From the NCBI GenBank assembly GCA_963674755.2, contig CAXXVS010000003.1, forward strand, positions 320,001 through 384,000: 64,000 nt of DNA. Direction: 5' to 3'. Both the position numbers and the translations under genes were made by a program. Within the stretch, counting starts at the first letter, position 1. Every line of letters starts with the position of its first letter. The stretch comes from Desulfobacterales bacterium. GTDB taxonomy: Bacteria; Desulfobacterota; Desulfobacteria; Desulfobacterales; UBA5852. Below the pieces are notes generated by a model. The model saw only the letters and a program-made list of their open reading frames with translations, had not been told where the DNA came from and made no database searches. This document shows, one piece after another, positions 52,575-63,806 of the stretch.

Positions 52575-52988
52575 CTATTCGTTCCAGTTAAAAAATCCCT
52601 CTCCCAGCGCCACCAGATGGCCGTCCTCGCGCAGGCAACGGATCGTAATATGGGGGTGGGGCAGGTCATATTCGACGGCGCGCTGATAGAGATCCTTTAA
52701 CTGAAAAGGGGCGCCTAAAGACTCCGTCAGGGGACGGTAGATCTTCAAGGTAGTGGTGAAGTCCAAAGGGCATTGGGCACCCTCGACGGATGCGCTATCC
52801 GCTTCTTGGTTCGCAGGCCCTTCGCCTGCAGCGGAAGAGGGTCCGGCCTGGCGGCGTTCCCAAAAAGCGACAAGCTTGTGGATCTGGGAAATGGCAAAGG
52901 ATAAAATGACGAGGCCTGTCATAACAATCAGTGCGCCAAGAAAGGCCTGGGACCAACCGTGATTTAGGGCGATATTCTCCAAACCCAT
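52575..52988 (-). CDS. oadG: OadG-family gamma/delta subunit with C-terminal extension
   Basis: Single TM (GALIVMTGLVILSFAI) plus linker; directly upstream of oadB. Confidence 0.7.
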   Translation of the reverse strand: MGLENIALNHGWSQAFLGALIVMTGLVILSFAISQIHKLVAFWERRQAGPSSAAGEGPANQEADSASVEGAQCPLDFTTTLKIYRPLTESLGAPFQLKDLYQRAVEYDLPHPHITIRCLREDGHLVALGEGFFNWNE

Positions 52989-53221
52989 CGAAAAATCCTC
53001 CTGGGATGGTAGCGGCCTTGGCAAGGGCCGTCGAATAGCCTGCGACAGCCCTTTCGGCCCACGGAAAGGGGGGAGCTTGAAAGGCGCGATCGAAGACGTC
53101 AAAACAAAAGGGAGACTAAGTCATATCTATTGAAGAATGTCAATAAAATAGTGAACGGCATTAAGTGCGTCCTTTAATGCCAAAACAGGGAAGATGCCCA
53201 AAAGGCATTTGATCGGATGGC

Positions 53222-54712
53222 TTAAGCGGCGACTCCGGCCATCATCAGGCCGATACGATCGATTTTGGCCTGATCGTCGGCATCGAAGGTATCCACGATG
53301 CGGCCGTCGAAAATAACCGCGATGCGGTCGGACAGGGAGAGGGCTTCCGCCAGATCGCCCGTGACCAGCAGAATGCCCGCTCGCCCGCGCGCTTTCAAAA
53401 GGACTTGCCAGACATCTTCCGTGGCGGCGATATCGAGCCCCTGGGTCGGCTGTTCGGCCACGATCAACCGCGGCCGGCGGAAAAATTCGCGCGCTAAAAC
53501 CATTTTTTGGAGATTGCCCCCGGAAAGCTGCCGGGCCAAGGCGTGGGGTTCAGGCGGTTGGATATCAAAATCCTGGATCAATTCAAGCAGGCGCTCTTCG
53601 GCGCTGCTGCGCAGCAGCCATGGGCCGCGGCAAAATCCCTGTCGGGTGGTCAGCAAAAAGTTTTCCGTCAGCGTCAGGTTGCGGCAGGTAGCGCGCGCCT
53701 GCCGGTCCTCAGGAATGTAGGAGAGGTTGCCGTCCCACGCTCTTTGACGGTAGAAAGGGAACCAGTCCTGTCCCATAACGCGCACCTGTCCGGTGCGCGG
53801 GGGGCGCAGGCCGCAAACCGTTTCCACCAGGGGCCGTTGTCCGTTGCCGGCCACACCGACCAGCCCCAGAATTTCGCCCTGCCGCACGGTCAGGTGGACA
53901 TCTTTGAGCGGCGCGTCGTTGAGTCCGCTGACCCGTAAAACACTCTGCCGGGGTTCCATGGCCTCCCGCTCGACCTGCAAAATCACTTCGCGCCCCACCA
54001 TCAGACGGGCCAGTTCTTCCTTGGTTTGCACAGCCTGCGCCTTCATGTCAGCCACGACTTCGCCTTTGCGAAGAACGGCAATTTCATCGGATAAGGCCAT
54101 GACCTCGCCCAGCTTATGGCTGATGAACACGATGGCTTTGCCCTGACGGGTCATTTGACGCAGCGCTTCAAAAAGTTGTTGCGCTTCTTGGGGTGTCAAA
54201 ACAGCGGTGGGTTCGTCCAAAATTAAAACGCGGTTGCGGCGGAAGAGCAGTTTGAGGATTTCCACCCGTTGCTTTTCACCCATGGAAAGGCTTGCCACAC
54301 GGGCACCCGGATCGATGTCGAGCCGCACATCCCGGGCCAGCTGGGCGACCTGGCGCTCCATCTCCGAGGGGTTGAGCAGGATCCCCCCGGGATGACCCAG
54401 AAAAATGTTCTCGGCCACGGACATGGCCTCTACAAGCATAAAATGCTGGTAGACCATGCCGATGCCCTCCTGGATCGCATCCCGGGCCGAAGAGAAATAG
54501 CAGGGGCGGCCCTCGATCAAAATGCGGCCCTCGTCCGGACGCAACCGGCCGGCCAGCATGCCCATGAGGGTGCTTTTGCCGGCCCCGTTTTCCCCCAGCA
54601 GCGATTTGATCTTGCCGGCCCGGATGTTCAGGCAGATCCCGCGGTTGGCGTATTTGGGGCCGAACTTCTTACTGAGGCCCTCCAGCCGTATGAGCGGTTG
54701 ATCGCCGGTCAC
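53222..54712 (-). CDS. ABC transporter ATP-binding protein (CUT2/nucleoside type)
   Basis: [27 protein letters not shown] start overlaps the gpt stop. Confidence 0.92.
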   Translation of the reverse strand: MTGDQPLIRLEGLSKKFGPKYANRGICLNIRAGKIKSLLGENGAGKSTLMGMLAGRLRPDEGRILIEGRPCYFSSARDAIQEGIGMVYQHFMLVEAMSVAENIFLGHPGGILLNPSEMERQVAQLARDVRLDIDPGARVASLSMGEKQRVEILKLLFRRNRVLILDEPTAVLTPQEAQQLFEALRQMTRQGKAIVFISHKLGEVMALSDEIAVLRKGEVVADMKAQAVQTKEELARLMVGREVILQVEREAMEPRQSVLRVSGLNDAPLKDVHLTVRQGEILGLVGVAGNGQRPLVETVCGLRPPRTGQVRVMGQDWFPFYRQRAWDGNLSYIPEDRQARATCRNLTLTENFLLTTRQGFCRGPWLLRSSAEERLLELIQDFDIQPPEPHALARQLSGGNLQKMVLAREFFRRPRLIVAEQPTQGLDIAATEDVWQVLLKARGRAGILLVTGDLAEALSLSDRIAVIFDGRIVDTFDADDQAKIDRIGLMMAGVAA

Positions 54713-55200
54713 ACATGCTCCTGGGTTTGCCCGATGATGGGTTGCACAAATTGCGATTCCGAATCCCAGGGGAATAAAATCCAGGTATCCTGGCTGACCT
54801 CGGTTACGAAGGTATCCACCAGCGGCCGTCCGGCCGGTTTGGCGTAAATGGTCGCAAAATGCGCTTTGGGGAGCATCTTGCGCACGACTTCGGCCGTGCG
54901 CCCGGTATCCACGAGATCGTCGATAATCAGCCACCCCTGACCGTCATGGTCGACAGGCTTGAGAATTTCGACATCGCCGCGCTGGTCTTTCCAGGCATAG
55001 CTGGACACACAGACCGTATCCACCAGCCGGACGTCGAGTTCCCGGGCAATGATGGCTGCCGGTACCAGTCCGCCCCGTGTTATGGCAATAATACCCTGAT
55101 AAAAATCATGATCCAAAAGGCGCCAGGCCAGCGCCTTGGCGTCACGGTGGAGCTGGTCCCATGAAATGGGATAAGTTTTGCGATAGCGAGACGAGTTCAT
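54709..55200 (-). CDS. gpt: Xanthine-guanine phosphoribosyltransferase
   Basis: [39 protein letters not shown]. Confidence 0.92.
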   Translation of the reverse strand: MNSSRYRKTYPISWDQLHRDAKALAWRLLDHDFYQGIIAITRGGLVPAAIIARELDVRLVDTVCVSSYAWKDQRGDVEILKPVDHDGQGWLIIDDLVDTGRTAEVVRKMLPKAHFATIYAKPAGRPLVDTFVTEVSQDTWILFPWDSESQFVQPIIGQTQEHV

Positions 55201-55213
55201 GATCATACTCCTG

Positions 55214-56134
55214 CTAGTCGTTTGGTTCCATGTTGACACCCAGGGCGGCCGGGGAGGCGCTTTGGCGATTTTTCCAGGAAGCGAATACCACCACGACGAC
55301 GGTGAGTCCGTAAGGCAGCATGAGAAGAAGCGAGGAAGGCAGGTGGGTGCCCGCGGCCTGCAACCGCAATTGAAAGGCCATGACACCGCCGAACAGATAG
55401 GCGCCCAGCAGGGCGCGACTTGGCCGCCAGAAGGCGAAAATCACCAGCGCCACGGCGATCCAGCCCCGACCGGCGGAAAGGCCGTTGGTCCAAAGATGGG
55501 TGTAGGCCAGAGAAAGGTAGGCCCCGCCAAAGCCCACCAGGGCGCCTCCGCCTGTTATACCGATCCAGCGGTACCGCAATACGCGGATACCGGCGGCAGA
55601 GGCCGCCTCGGGGTGCTCGCCGACAGCCCTGAGATGCAGGCCCCAACGGGTTTTTTCGAGAAAGAACCAAAGCAGCGGTACCAGAAGCATGGCCACATAA
55701 ACAAGGGCATCCTGTTGAAACAGAATCGGGCCGAGGACAGGCAGGCGATGGACGAAGGGCAGGGCCAGCTTGCTGAATCCCGGCGCAGATTGCCCGATAA
55801 GCGGGGTGCCCAGATAGTTCGCCAGCCCCAGCCCGAAGATGGTCAGGGCCAGGCCGGAAACCACCTGATTGCCGAGAAACCACAGACAAACGACGGCATG
55901 GATGCCCCCCACGATCGCCCCGACCAGTCCGGCCACGAGAAAGGCCAGGGCCGGCTGGCCGGTCAACTGGGCGGTGACGAAAGCGGCTAAGGCCCCGGTG
56001 ATCATCATGCCTTCGACGCCGAGATTGAGGACGCCGGATTTTTCAGTGAGAATCTCACCCAGGGTGGCAAATAATATCGGTGTGCCGGACTGGATAGCGG
56101 CGGCCAGCAGCGGAACGACCAACTCGGCGTTCAT
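55214..56134 (-). CDS. ABC transporter permease (nucleoside type)
   Basis: [29 protein letters not shown]. Confidence 0.9.
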   Translation of the reverse strand: MNAELVVPLLAAAIQSGTPILFATLGEILTEKSGVLNLGVEGMMITGALAAFVTAQLTGQPALAFLVAGLVGAIVGGIHAVVCLWFLGNQVVSGLALTIFGLGLANYLGTPLIGQSAPGFSKLALPFVHRLPVLGPILFQQDALVYVAMLLVPLLWFFLEKTRWGLHLRAVGEHPEAASAAGIRVLRYRWIGITGGGALVGFGGAYLSLAYTHLWTNGLSAGRGWIAVALVIFAFWRPSRALLGAYLFGGVMAFQLRLQAAGTHLPSSLLLMLPYGLTVVVVVFASWKNRQSASPAALGVNMEPND

Positions 56135-57195
56135 GATCGTCTCCGGAGACGAATTCCGAATTCGTTGAAAAAACTGCCGGCCAGTACCGTCAAGAGAATC
56201 ATTCCCTCCATGATGCCGCCGAAGGCGGCCGGCACCTGCAGTTCAAGCTGCAGATTCTCAACGCCCACCCGCAAGGCCGCCAAAAGAAAGGAGGCAATAC
56301 CGATGGTCAGAGGATTGAGACGGGCCAGCCAGGCCACCACGATGGCGGTGTAGCCGTAGCCGACCATGATGCTGGGCTGCAGGCGATTGATCGTGGCCGA
56401 GGCCTCGAGAAAGCCGGCCATACCGGCCAGACCGCCGCTGACGATCATCACGAAGCACACCAGTTTTGCATAAGGCAGTCCGGCATAGCGGGTGGCCTGG
56501 AAGTTTTCCCCCGAGACTTTCAACTCAAATCCTATGCGGGTAAATCGAAAAAAAACCCACATGGCCAGTCCGCACACCAGACACACGGCCAGCCCCCAGT
56601 TGAGTTCGGTACCGGCGATTTTGGGCACAATGGCGCTTTCCGAAAAAGTGGGGGTCATGGGAAAGCCGAAACTGCGGGGATCCTTCCAGCGGCCGTAGAC
56701 GAGATAGTCGAGGAAAAGAATGGCGATATAGTTGAGCATGAGGGTGACGATGATCTCGTTGGCCCGCAGACGCAATTTCAAGAGCGCCGGCAGCAGCCCC
56801 CACAAGCCCCCACAGACAAATGCCATGAACGCCATCAGGGGCAGGAGCACATACCACGGCTGGTCCGGAAAAGTCAGGGCGGCCCAGGTCGCGCCGATGG
56901 CCCCGAGGGCAAACTGCCCCTCAGCCCCGATGTTCCAGATCTGCAAACGGAAGGCGATCGCCACCCCCAGCGAGCACAGAAAAATCGGAACGGCCTTGAT
57001 GAGGCAGTCTTCGATGGACCAGCGGGACCCCAGGGCCCCCTGGAAAAGAAGTTCGATGCCCTTAAAGGCCGGTTTGCCCTGGAGCTTGAGCATGAAGGCA
57101 CTGACGGCCAGCGAAAGCACGACGGCCGCCAAAAAAACAAGACAGGAGCTCCACGGACGCGGCTCCTGTCTTTTATAGGCATTGATGCTGAGCAT
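56131..57195 (-). CDS. ABC transporter permease (nucleoside type)
   Basis: WNIGAEGQ, NEIIVTLMLN, GYGYTAIVVA. Confidence 0.9.
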   Translation of the reverse strand: MLSINAYKRQEPRPWSSCLVFLAAVVLSLAVSAFMLKLQGKPAFKGIELLFQGALGSRWSIEDCLIKAVPIFLCSLGVAIAFRLQIWNIGAEGQFALGAIGATWAALTFPDQPWYVLLPLMAFMAFVCGGLWGLLPALLKLRLRANEIIVTLMLNYIAILFLDYLVYGRWKDPRSFGFPMTPTFSESAIVPKIAGTELNWGLAVCLVCGLAMWVFFRFTRIGFELKVSGENFQATRYAGLPYAKLVCFVMIVSGGLAGMAGFLEASATINRLQPSIMVGYGYTAIVVAWLARLNPLTIGIASFLLAALRVGVENLQLELQVPAAFGGIMEGMILLTVLAGSFFNEFGIRLRRRS

Positions 57196-57246
57196 GGGGT
57201 AAGGGCGCTGGTCGGGCGGCCGCCAGGACGACAGCGGCCGCGGGGT

Positions 57247-58308
57247 TTATTCAGTGGTGCCGATAACGCCTTGGACAAAGTAGTCCATACCGAGCAATTC
57301 GCCATCGTCAGCCGCCCGGCCTTCGGGGATGCGAACCTTCCCGTCCTGGTCCTTGACCGGCCCGGTGAAGACAACCTCCTTACCGGATATAATGGCTTCC
57401 TTTTCGGCCAGCACCTTTTGCTGTACATCTTCCGGGACCATGTCGCTCATAGGGCTCAAATCTACGATACCGTGTTCGATGCCATACCAGTAGGCTTTGG
57501 GCTCGAACGTCCCGTTGCGAACAGCTTCAACCACTTCCTCGTAAAAAGGACCCCAGTTCCAGACGGCGGCGCAGAGATGGGCCTTGGGGGCGAAAGCGGA
57601 CATATCGCTGTTATAGCCGATGGAGTAGACCCCGGCTTCCTGAGCGGCTTCCTGGGGGCCGGGGGAGTCCTGGTGCTGGGCAATGACATCGGCTCCCACG
57701 TCCAACAGGCTCTTGGCGGCTTCCTTTTCCGTAGTGGGGTCGTACCAGGTCTTGGTCCACACCACCCGCACCTGGACATCAGGATTGACGGCCTGGGCTC
57801 CCAGGGTAAAGGCATTGATGCCCCGGATGACTTCCGGAATGGGGAAGGCGGCCACATACCCCAGGGTATTGGATTTGGTCATGGATCCGGCCACCATACC
57901 CGATAGATAACGGGCCTGGTACATGCGACCGAAATAGTTGCCCATATTGGGGGCGGTTTTAAACCCCGAGCAATGCATAAAAACCGTATTAGGGAATTTC
58001 TGGGCCACTTTCAGCATGGGGTCCATATAGCCGAAGCTGGTGGCAAAAATAAGATCGTAACCCTTGCGGGCCATGTTGAGCATGACGCGTTCGGAGTCGG
58101 GTCCTTCGGGTACGGCTTCCACATAGGACGTGCTGACCCCGTCCATCTTGTCGATAAAGAGGCGTCCCTGGTCATGGGCATAGGAATATCCCGCGTCGCC
58201 AATGGGAGAGACATACACGAATCCCACCTGGAAATCTTTGGCGATCGCCGGAGCGGCGCTGAAGGTCAACGCCAAAGAACATAGAATCAATACCAATCTT
58301 CTCATCAT
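57247..58308 (-). CDS. BMP-family ABC substrate-binding protein (purine nucleoside)
   Basis: Signal peptide, IGDAGYSYAHDQG, TSFGY, PEVIRGINAF; RBS AGGAGG. Confidence 0.9.
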   Translation of the reverse strand: MMRRLVLILCSLALTFSAAPAIAKDFQVGFVYVSPIGDAGYSYAHDQGRLFIDKMDGVSTSYVEAVPEGPDSERVMLNMARKGYDLIFATSFGYMDPMLKVAQKFPNTVFMHCSGFKTAPNMGNYFGRMYQARYLSGMVAGSMTKSNTLGYVAAFPIPEVIRGINAFTLGAQAVNPDVQVRVVWTKTWYDPTTEKEAAKSLLDVGADVIAQHQDSPGPQEAAQEAGVYSIGYNSDMSAFAPKAHLCAAVWNWGPFYEEVVEAVRNGTFEPKAYWYGIEHGIVDLSPMSDMVPEDVQQKVLAEKEAIISGKEVVFTGPVKDQDGKVRIPEGRAADDGELLGMDYFVQGVIGTTE

Positions 58309-58417
58309 AACGTTCCTCCTGAGGAAAGTTGTAAAGCACAACAGAATTCACCGCTTATAGCTTGCTTTGGGGGCTTTCGCAACCGCTTTTGGAAAGCCCG
58401 GCCGGGTGTGCGGCGGG

Positions 58418-58723
58418 CTATGGTGCGGTTTTTTTAATCCGCTCGATATAAGCTTCCCATTCCATGGGCAACAAGCTTTTCTTGCGGTTGTTGCAATCCT
58501 TGCAGGCCGGTACGCAATTGCCTTTGGTGCTGCGCCCACCCCGGGCCAGAGGAACGATATGGTCCATCGTGAGCTCCCGGGCCGGCGCAGGGCGTCCGCA
58601 GTAGTGGCAGACGCCCTTGGCGCAACGCCGTTTCCACCACTGGGTCTGGCGCAATTCGCGGGCCTTGCGCCGCTGCCGGCGCAGGGTCGCCTCGTCCACA
58701 GGATAATCAGGAAGATGTATCAT
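58418..58723 (-). CDS. Small HNH endonuclease
   Basis: CHYC..TMDHIVPLARGG..N.VPACKDCN; ATGA overlap with the upstream gene. Confidence 0.88.
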   Translation of the reverse strand: MIHLPDYPVDEATLRRQRRKARELRQTQWWKRRCAKGVCHYCGRPAPARELTMDHIVPLARGGRSTKGNCVPACKDCNNRKKSLLPMEWEAYIERIKKTAP

Positions 58724-59595
58724 ATGGAGAGCGCTCCCGTGGCCGGCCCGGTCCCGTCTGCTAGCCAATGATCGATGGCTCGCAGCAGTCGCCGATAATA
58801 GGCGGCTGAGCCCCACAGCCCCCGGCGGCCGAAAAAATAATTGATTTCGAGGAAAAGCGGCGTCTGCGGGTCGGCCACCATGGGGTCGCTGCAGAAAAGG
58901 AAATCGAAGCCGGCCAGATTGATGCCGGTTTGGCGGCAAAAGGCGGACGTCGCCCTTTCGGCAGCTGCTATGAGATGGCTGTCGCTGCGATGGTCGATGG
59001 TCCCGCCGCCGGCCAGGTTCGCCAAGGGAGCATCTTCAGCAGACATAACCCGCCAATAGGAAAAGAGCTCCTGGCCTATGACCACCACCCTAAGGGCGCG
59101 GGCGCCGGTGGGAATCCATTCCTGTAAGATAAAGCCGTTCTGTCCGGTGGCTTCATAGGACTGCAAGCGCGCGATAATGTCGTTCAAATCACTGGTCTGC
59201 GTAATCGGGAAAACGCCCTGCCCTTCACCTCCCCAGTTGAGCTTAACCACCGCGGGTGGAGCAAAAGGACCGTTGCCGGCCGGGTCCTGGTGGAGGAAAG
59301 CCGCTGTATCGGCAAAACAGAGACTGGGCGGATGGGGAACACCGATCTTTTGAAACAAGCAGGTTTGACCGATTTTACCGGGATAGGCAAAGCGGGCCTC
59401 GTAATTGGGAAAAACCCGGCCGCAGGCCCGCACGGCGGTCCGGTAAAGCGACTCCCGACATCCCTGGGGCAGAATCACGGCAGCCGCCTGGCGCATGGCG
59501 GCCCGGTCCTCGGCATCCGGATCCCGCCCGGCACACAGGCGATTCACATCGCCTTCGTAAAGGGGATGGAAAGAAAGGATCATGGTGATGGTCAA
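58720..59595 (-). CDS. RimK-like ATP-grasp protein
   Basis: VVKLNWGGEGQGV, ILQEWI, ANLAGGG, GFDF, LEIN. Confidence 0.8.
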   Translation of the reverse strand: MTITMILSFHPLYEGDVNRLCAGRDPDAEDRAAMRQAAAVILPQGCRESLYRTAVRACGRVFPNYEARFAYPGKIGQTCLFQKIGVPHPPSLCFADTAAFLHQDPAGNGPFAPPAVVKLNWGGEGQGVFPITQTSDLNDIIARLQSYEATGQNGFILQEWIPTGARALRVVVIGQELFSYWRVMSAEDAPLANLAGGGTIDHRSDSHLIAAAERATSAFCRQTGINLAGFDFLFCSDPMVADPQTPLFLEINYFFGRRGLWGSAAYYRRLLRAIDHWLADGTGPATGALSI

Positions 59596-60503
59596 TACCC
59601 GAATTTGCGCAGGGCACGGGTGTCCCGGGTCCAGTTTTTCTGAACCCGGACAAACAACGCCAGATAGACCCGGGTGTCCAGCAGCCGTTCGATGTCTTCC
59701 CGCGCGGCCCGGCCGATTTGTTTGAGTTTGCGCCCACCCCGGCCAATGACAATCCCCTTTTGGGTGTCCCGTTCGACATGAATGGTGGCGCTGATATGCA
59801 CCGTTTTGCTTTGAGGGGTCTCCCGGAAGTCATCGATGGTCACGGCAGCGGCATAGGGAATTTCCTCGCCGGTCAAGCGGAACACCTTTTCGCGAATCAG
59901 CTCGGCCACGATAAAACGCTCCGCGCTGTCGGTGAGCATGGCTTCCTCATAAAAGGGCGGTCCCTCGGGCAGCATGGCTTCCAGCACCGCCAGCAGCTTA
60001 TCCACCTGGGTGCCCTGGCGCGCTGAAACGGGTAGAAGGTGCTCAAACGCGAAGCGCTGTGACCACGCCGTCAGGATTTCCGCTAGCGGTTGCGCTGCCA
60101 GTCCGTCGATCTTGTTGACCGCCAGGACGACCGGTTTGGGGATTTCGGTCAACCTGGTGAGCAAAAAATTCTCGGCTGGCGGATCTGGCCGCTGGGCATC
60201 GGCCATGAGCAGCACCACATCCACATCGCTTAGGGCGGACAGGGCGGCATCCACGATACGGACATTGAGGGGTTTTTGGGTCAGGTGCACGCCGGGTGTA
60301 TCGATGAAGACGAGCTGCGCCGCCGGGCGATGAACGATTCCGAGAATGCGGTTGCGGGTGGTCTGGGGTTTGCGGGACGTAATCGATATCTTGGTGCCCA
60401 GCAGGCGGTTCAAGAGGGTTGATTTGCCGGCATTGGGTGCTCCCATAAGCGCCACCAAACCGGAGTGGAACCCGCTAAAATCGTGAACGGTGTTTTCGAT
60501 CAT
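59592..60503 (-). CDS. era: GTPase Era
   Basis: GAPNAGKST, PQTTR, DTPG, NKID, EEIPY, KH domain IVIGRGG. Confidence 0.96.
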   Translation of the reverse strand: MIENTVHDFSGFHSGLVALMGAPNAGKSTLLNRLLGTKISITSRKPQTTRNRILGIVHRPAAQLVFIDTPGVHLTQKPLNVRIVDAALSALSDVDVVLLMADAQRPDPPAENFLLTRLTEIPKPVVLAVNKIDGLAAQPLAEILTAWSQRFAFEHLLPVSARQGTQVDKLLAVLEAMLPEGPPFYEEAMLTDSAERFIVAELIREKVFRLTGEEIPYAAAVTIDDFRETPQSKTVHISATIHVERDTQKGIVIGRGGRKLKQIGRAAREDIERLLDTRVYLALFVRVQKNWTRDTRALRKFGY

Positions 60504-61090
60504 TGGGGTTGTTCAACCATGGCATCAATGGCCTGCCACAGGGCTTCCACGCCCTGGCCCGTCTTGGCGGAAAAGAGCAACAGCGCTTCCCGAGGGCAGG
60601 CAAATTGTTCGGCGATGGTCCGCAGGGGGCGCACCTGCTTGTTGCGGGAGAGCTTGTCGACCTTGGTGACGACGATGCGGTGCGGCCGATGATGGAACGC
60701 CAGCCAGCGCACCAGATCATGTTCTTCCTGGCTGGGAATGCGGCGAATGTCAACCAACAAAAAGACGCCCCGCAGCATTTCACGGGAGGCCAGATAGGCC
60801 TCCACCATCGGCCCCCACTGCTTCTTGACCGCCACCGGTACCCTCGCGTAGCCGTATCCGGGTAAATCAACGAAAGACAGGCAGTCATTGATGCAGAAAA
60901 AGTTGATCAGCTGGGTGCGGCCGGGGGTATTGCTGGTTTTCACGAGCCGCTTGCGGTTGACCAGTCGGTTGATCAGCGATGATTTGCCCACATTGGAGCG
61001 CCCGGAAAAGGCGATTTCCGGATAGTCCGGTGGCGGATAGTGCTGGGGTTTGACGGCGCTGGTAACGAATTCGGCGGATTTTATAATCAT
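60500..61090 (-). CDS. engB: Ribosome biogenesis GTPase EngB/YihA
   Basis: GRSNVGKSS, SNTPGRT, DLPGYGYA, TKVD. Confidence 0.96.
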   Translation of the reverse strand: MIIKSAEFVTSAVKPQHYPPPDYPEIAFSGRSNVGKSSLINRLVNRKRLVKTSNTPGRTQLINFFCINDCLSFVDLPGYGYARVPVAVKKQWGPMVEAYLASREMLRGVFLLVDIRRIPSQEEHDLVRWLAFHHRPHRIVVTKVDKLSRNKQVRPLRTIAEQFACPREALLLFSAKTGQGVEALWQAIDAMVEQPQ

Positions 61091-62247
61091 GACCTGTCGG
61101 ATGGTTTGGGGAGCGACGCCAGATACCCCTCCAGGCGATCCATGCCCTCCTTGATGTGTTCCAGCGAATTGGCATAGGAGAAACGCAGATAGCCCTCCGC
61201 GTGGGGGCCGAAGTCGATGCCGGGGGTGACCCCCACCCGGGCCTTCTCCAGGATATCGAAGGCCAGGCGGTAGGAATCCTGGTCGATATGCCGCGCATTG
61301 GCAAAGACATAGAAGGCGCCGGTGGGTTCGACCGTTATGCCGAAGCCCAATTCCCGCAGCCGGCGGATCATGAAGACCCGCCGCTCGTTGTAGATGGCTC
61401 GCATGCGGGCCGTGTCTTCCTCCGCTTCGGTCAAGGCCGCAATTGCGGCTTTCTGGACCATGGTATTGGCCGAGATGAAAAAATTTTGCACCAGCTTTTG
61501 GATCGGCCGGATGAACTCGGGCGGGGCGATCAGATAACCCAGGCGAAAACCCGTCATGGCAAAAAGCTTGGAAAATCCGTTTAATACGAAAGCCCGGTCG
61601 GTGAATTCCAGGATACTGTGCTCCCGTCCTTCATAGACCAGCCCGTGATAGATCTCATCGGAGACCACATAGGGCTTGAGCCGGCTGATGGCCTGCATGC
61701 GTTCGGCCGAGAGGAGATTGCCGGTGGGATTGGAGGGCGAGTTGATGAAGACGGCTTTCGTGCGGTCGGAGATTTGGGCGGCGATGGCGTCCGGCCGGTA
61801 TTGAAAACCGTCTTCCTCGTAAACCGGCACGGTCACGACCCGGCCCTGGGCGAATTTGATGAAGTTCGGGTAGCAGGCATAATGCGGGTCGGAGATGATG
61901 ACCTCGTCCCCTGGCTCCAGCAGGGCAGCGAAAAGCAGAAACATGGCCGGCGAGGTGCCGGGCGTGACGACGATGCATCCGGGATCCACCGCCACCTGAT
62001 AGGTCCGTTGATAATAGGCGCTGATGGCTTCCCGCAGTCCGGCCAGCCCCAGGCTGTGGCAGTAGTGGGTGTGCCCCTCCTCCAGCGCACGGCAGAGGGC
62101 CTGCTTGATGCAGGGGGGGGTGTCGAAATCCGGCTCGCCCACCTCTAAATGGATGACGTCCTGCCCGCACTTTTCCATCTCGCAAGCCCGTTCCAACACG
62201 TCCATGACGATAAACGAGCTGATTTCTTCGGTCCGTTTGGCGACCAT
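61087..62247 (-). CDS. Class I/II PLP aminotransferase (aspartate aminotransferase-like)
   Basis: GEPDF, NSPSNPTG, SDEIY, GFSKLFAMTGFRLGY. Confidence 0.92.
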   Translation of the reverse strand: MVAKRTEEISSFIVMDVLERACEMEKCGQDVIHLEVGEPDFDTPPCIKQALCRALEEGHTHYCHSLGLAGLREAISAYYQRTYQVAVDPGCIVVTPGTSPAMFLLFAALLEPGDEVIISDPHYACYPNFIKFAQGRVVTVPVYEEDGFQYRPDAIAAQISDRTKAVFINSPSNPTGNLLSAERMQAISRLKPYVVSDEIYHGLVYEGREHSILEFTDRAFVLNGFSKLFAMTGFRLGYLIAPPEFIRPIQKLVQNFFISANTMVQKAAIAALTEAEEDTARMRAIYNERRVFMIRRLRELGFGITVEPTGAFYVFANARHIDQDSYRLAFDILEKARVGVTPGIDFGPHAEGYLRFSYANSLEHIKEGMDRLEGYLASLPKPSDRS

Positions 62248-62299
62248 AGGATACCCTTTATTTAGGATGGAGGCGGCATCCATCCCCGCAACCGTTGTT

Positions 62300-63175
62300 C
62301 TAGACCACCTTGTTGAGGGGGTACTCGATAATGCCCTCGGCCCCGTTTTTCAACAATTCCGGAATCAGATCCCGGACCGTATTGGCATCCACCACCGTTT
62401 CCACGGAAAACCAGGTGGACTGGTAGAGGGAGGCCACGGTGGGGGCATTCAGGCTGGGCAGCAAGGCCACCACGCGGTCCAGCTGCTCCTGGGGCACGTT
62501 CATTTTCAACCCCACCAGTTTGTCCCCCAGGAGGGCCCCTTTTAACAACAACGCAATCTGTTCGACCTTTTCACGTTTGAAAGGGTCCTGCCAGGCGGTG
62601 TGGTTGACGATGAGCTGGGTGTTGGTCTGCATGAGCTCGTGAATGATGCGCAGACCGTGGGCCCTGATGGTGCTCTCGGTTTCGGTGACTTCGACGATGG
62701 CGTCGGCCAGCTTGGAGACCACCTTGGCTTCCGTAGCGCCCCAGGAAAACTCGATGTCCACCGCGATGCCGCGTTCCTCGAAATAGCGCCGGGTAAAAGC
62801 CACCAGTTCCGTGGCGATTTTTTTCCCCTGTAGGTCCTCCAGGGTTTTAATGTCGGAATCATAGGGTACCGCGAGCACCCAGCGGGCCGGCCGGGCGCTG
62901 ACTTTCGAGTACACCAGGTCGCTGACCACATGGACGTCCGAGCTGTTTTCGGCGATCCAGTCCCTGCCGGTCAATCCGGCGTCCAGGGTGCCGTTTTCCA
63001 CATAACGCGACATTTCCTGGGCCCGGCAGATGGCACAGTCGATGGAGCTGTCATTGATTTCAGGAAAATAGCTGCGGCCGTTGACGTTGATTTTCCACCC
63101 CGAACGTTTGAACAGGGCAATGGTGGCATCTTGCAGACTTCCCTTGGGAACCCCCAGCTTCAATATATCACTCAT
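62300..63175 (-). CDS. hisG: ATP phosphoribosyltransferase (long form)
   Basis: [26 protein letters not shown]-terminal regulatory domain. Confidence 0.94.
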   Translation of the reverse strand: MSDILKLGVPKGSLQDATIALFKRSGWKINVNGRSYFPEINDSSIDCAICRAQEMSRYVENGTLDAGLTGRDWIAENSSDVHVVSDLVYSKVSARPARWVLAVPYDSDIKTLEDLQGKKIATELVAFTRRYFEERGIAVDIEFSWGATEAKVVSKLADAIVEVTETESTIRAHGLRIIHELMQTNTQLIVNHTAWQDPFKREKVEQIALLLKGALLGDKLVGLKMNVPQEQLDRVVALLPSLNAPTVASLYQSTWFSVETVVDANTVRDLIPELLKNGAEGIIEYPLNKVV

Positions 63176-63176
63176 G

Positions 63177-63551
63177 CTATTTATAGACCTCCTTGGGATC
63201 GAAGACCGGCTCACCGATGGTGTGAACCGTTCCGTTTTCAATCTTGCGGTAAAAGCAGCTTCGATAGCCGGTGTGGCAGGCCGCTCCGCCGATCTGGTCG
63301 ACCCGCACGAGAATGGCATCCCGGTCGCAGTCGAAAAAGACGGTTTTGACCACCTGCAAATTTCCGGAAGTTTTACCTTTGACCCACAGCTCCTTGCGGC
63401 TGCGGCTATAAAAGGTGGCGTGTCCGGTTTCCAAGGTGGCCTGAAAGGCTTCGGCGTTCATATAGGCCAGCATCAGGACGTCGCCGCTGGCGTCATCCTG
63501 AACGATGGCCGGAATCAGCCCGCCCATTTTGTCAAAATCCAGATCAATCAT
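63177..63551 (-). CDS. hisI: Phosphoribosyl-AMP cyclohydrolase
   Basis: [36 protein letters not shown]. Confidence 0.96.
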   Translation of the reverse strand: MIDLDFDKMGGLIPAIVQDDASGDVLMLAYMNAEAFQATLETGHATFYSRSRKELWVKGKTSGNLQVVKTVFFDCDRDAILVRVDQIGGAACHTGYRSCFYRKIENGTVHTIGEPVFDPKEVYK

Positions 63552-63806
63552 CGTTTTTCCTTTCCCTGGGCATGGGATTCAAGGTCCCCCTGGCATCGCA
63601 ACCGTCCCGCATATGATCGCTGCCGATTTGTAAAACTGACAATTTAACGATATCAACTTGTTAAGTCAACTCTTTTTAAATCATGCTGGCTTGCATTATA
63701 GTGGGCCTTTTGTTAGATTTATATTTTTTGGGGACATCGGGACGATTTAGCGCATGGACGGGCCCGGCCCTGCTTGGATAAGACCTTATCGCAGGAACCA
63801 CATATC

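Noticed and set aside
53157..53181. GGCATTAA-N9-TTAATGCC inverted repeat as an operator
   Set aside because: Equally explained as the terminator hairpin of the ABC operon; no way to distinguish
58309..58417. Purine riboswitch before the nucleoside ABC operon
   Set aside because: No purine aptamer core; the leader after the putative promoter is too short
58418..58723. HNH gene as a defence or mobile element
   Set aside because: Translationally coupled within a housekeeping operon; no flanking repeats or partner defence genes
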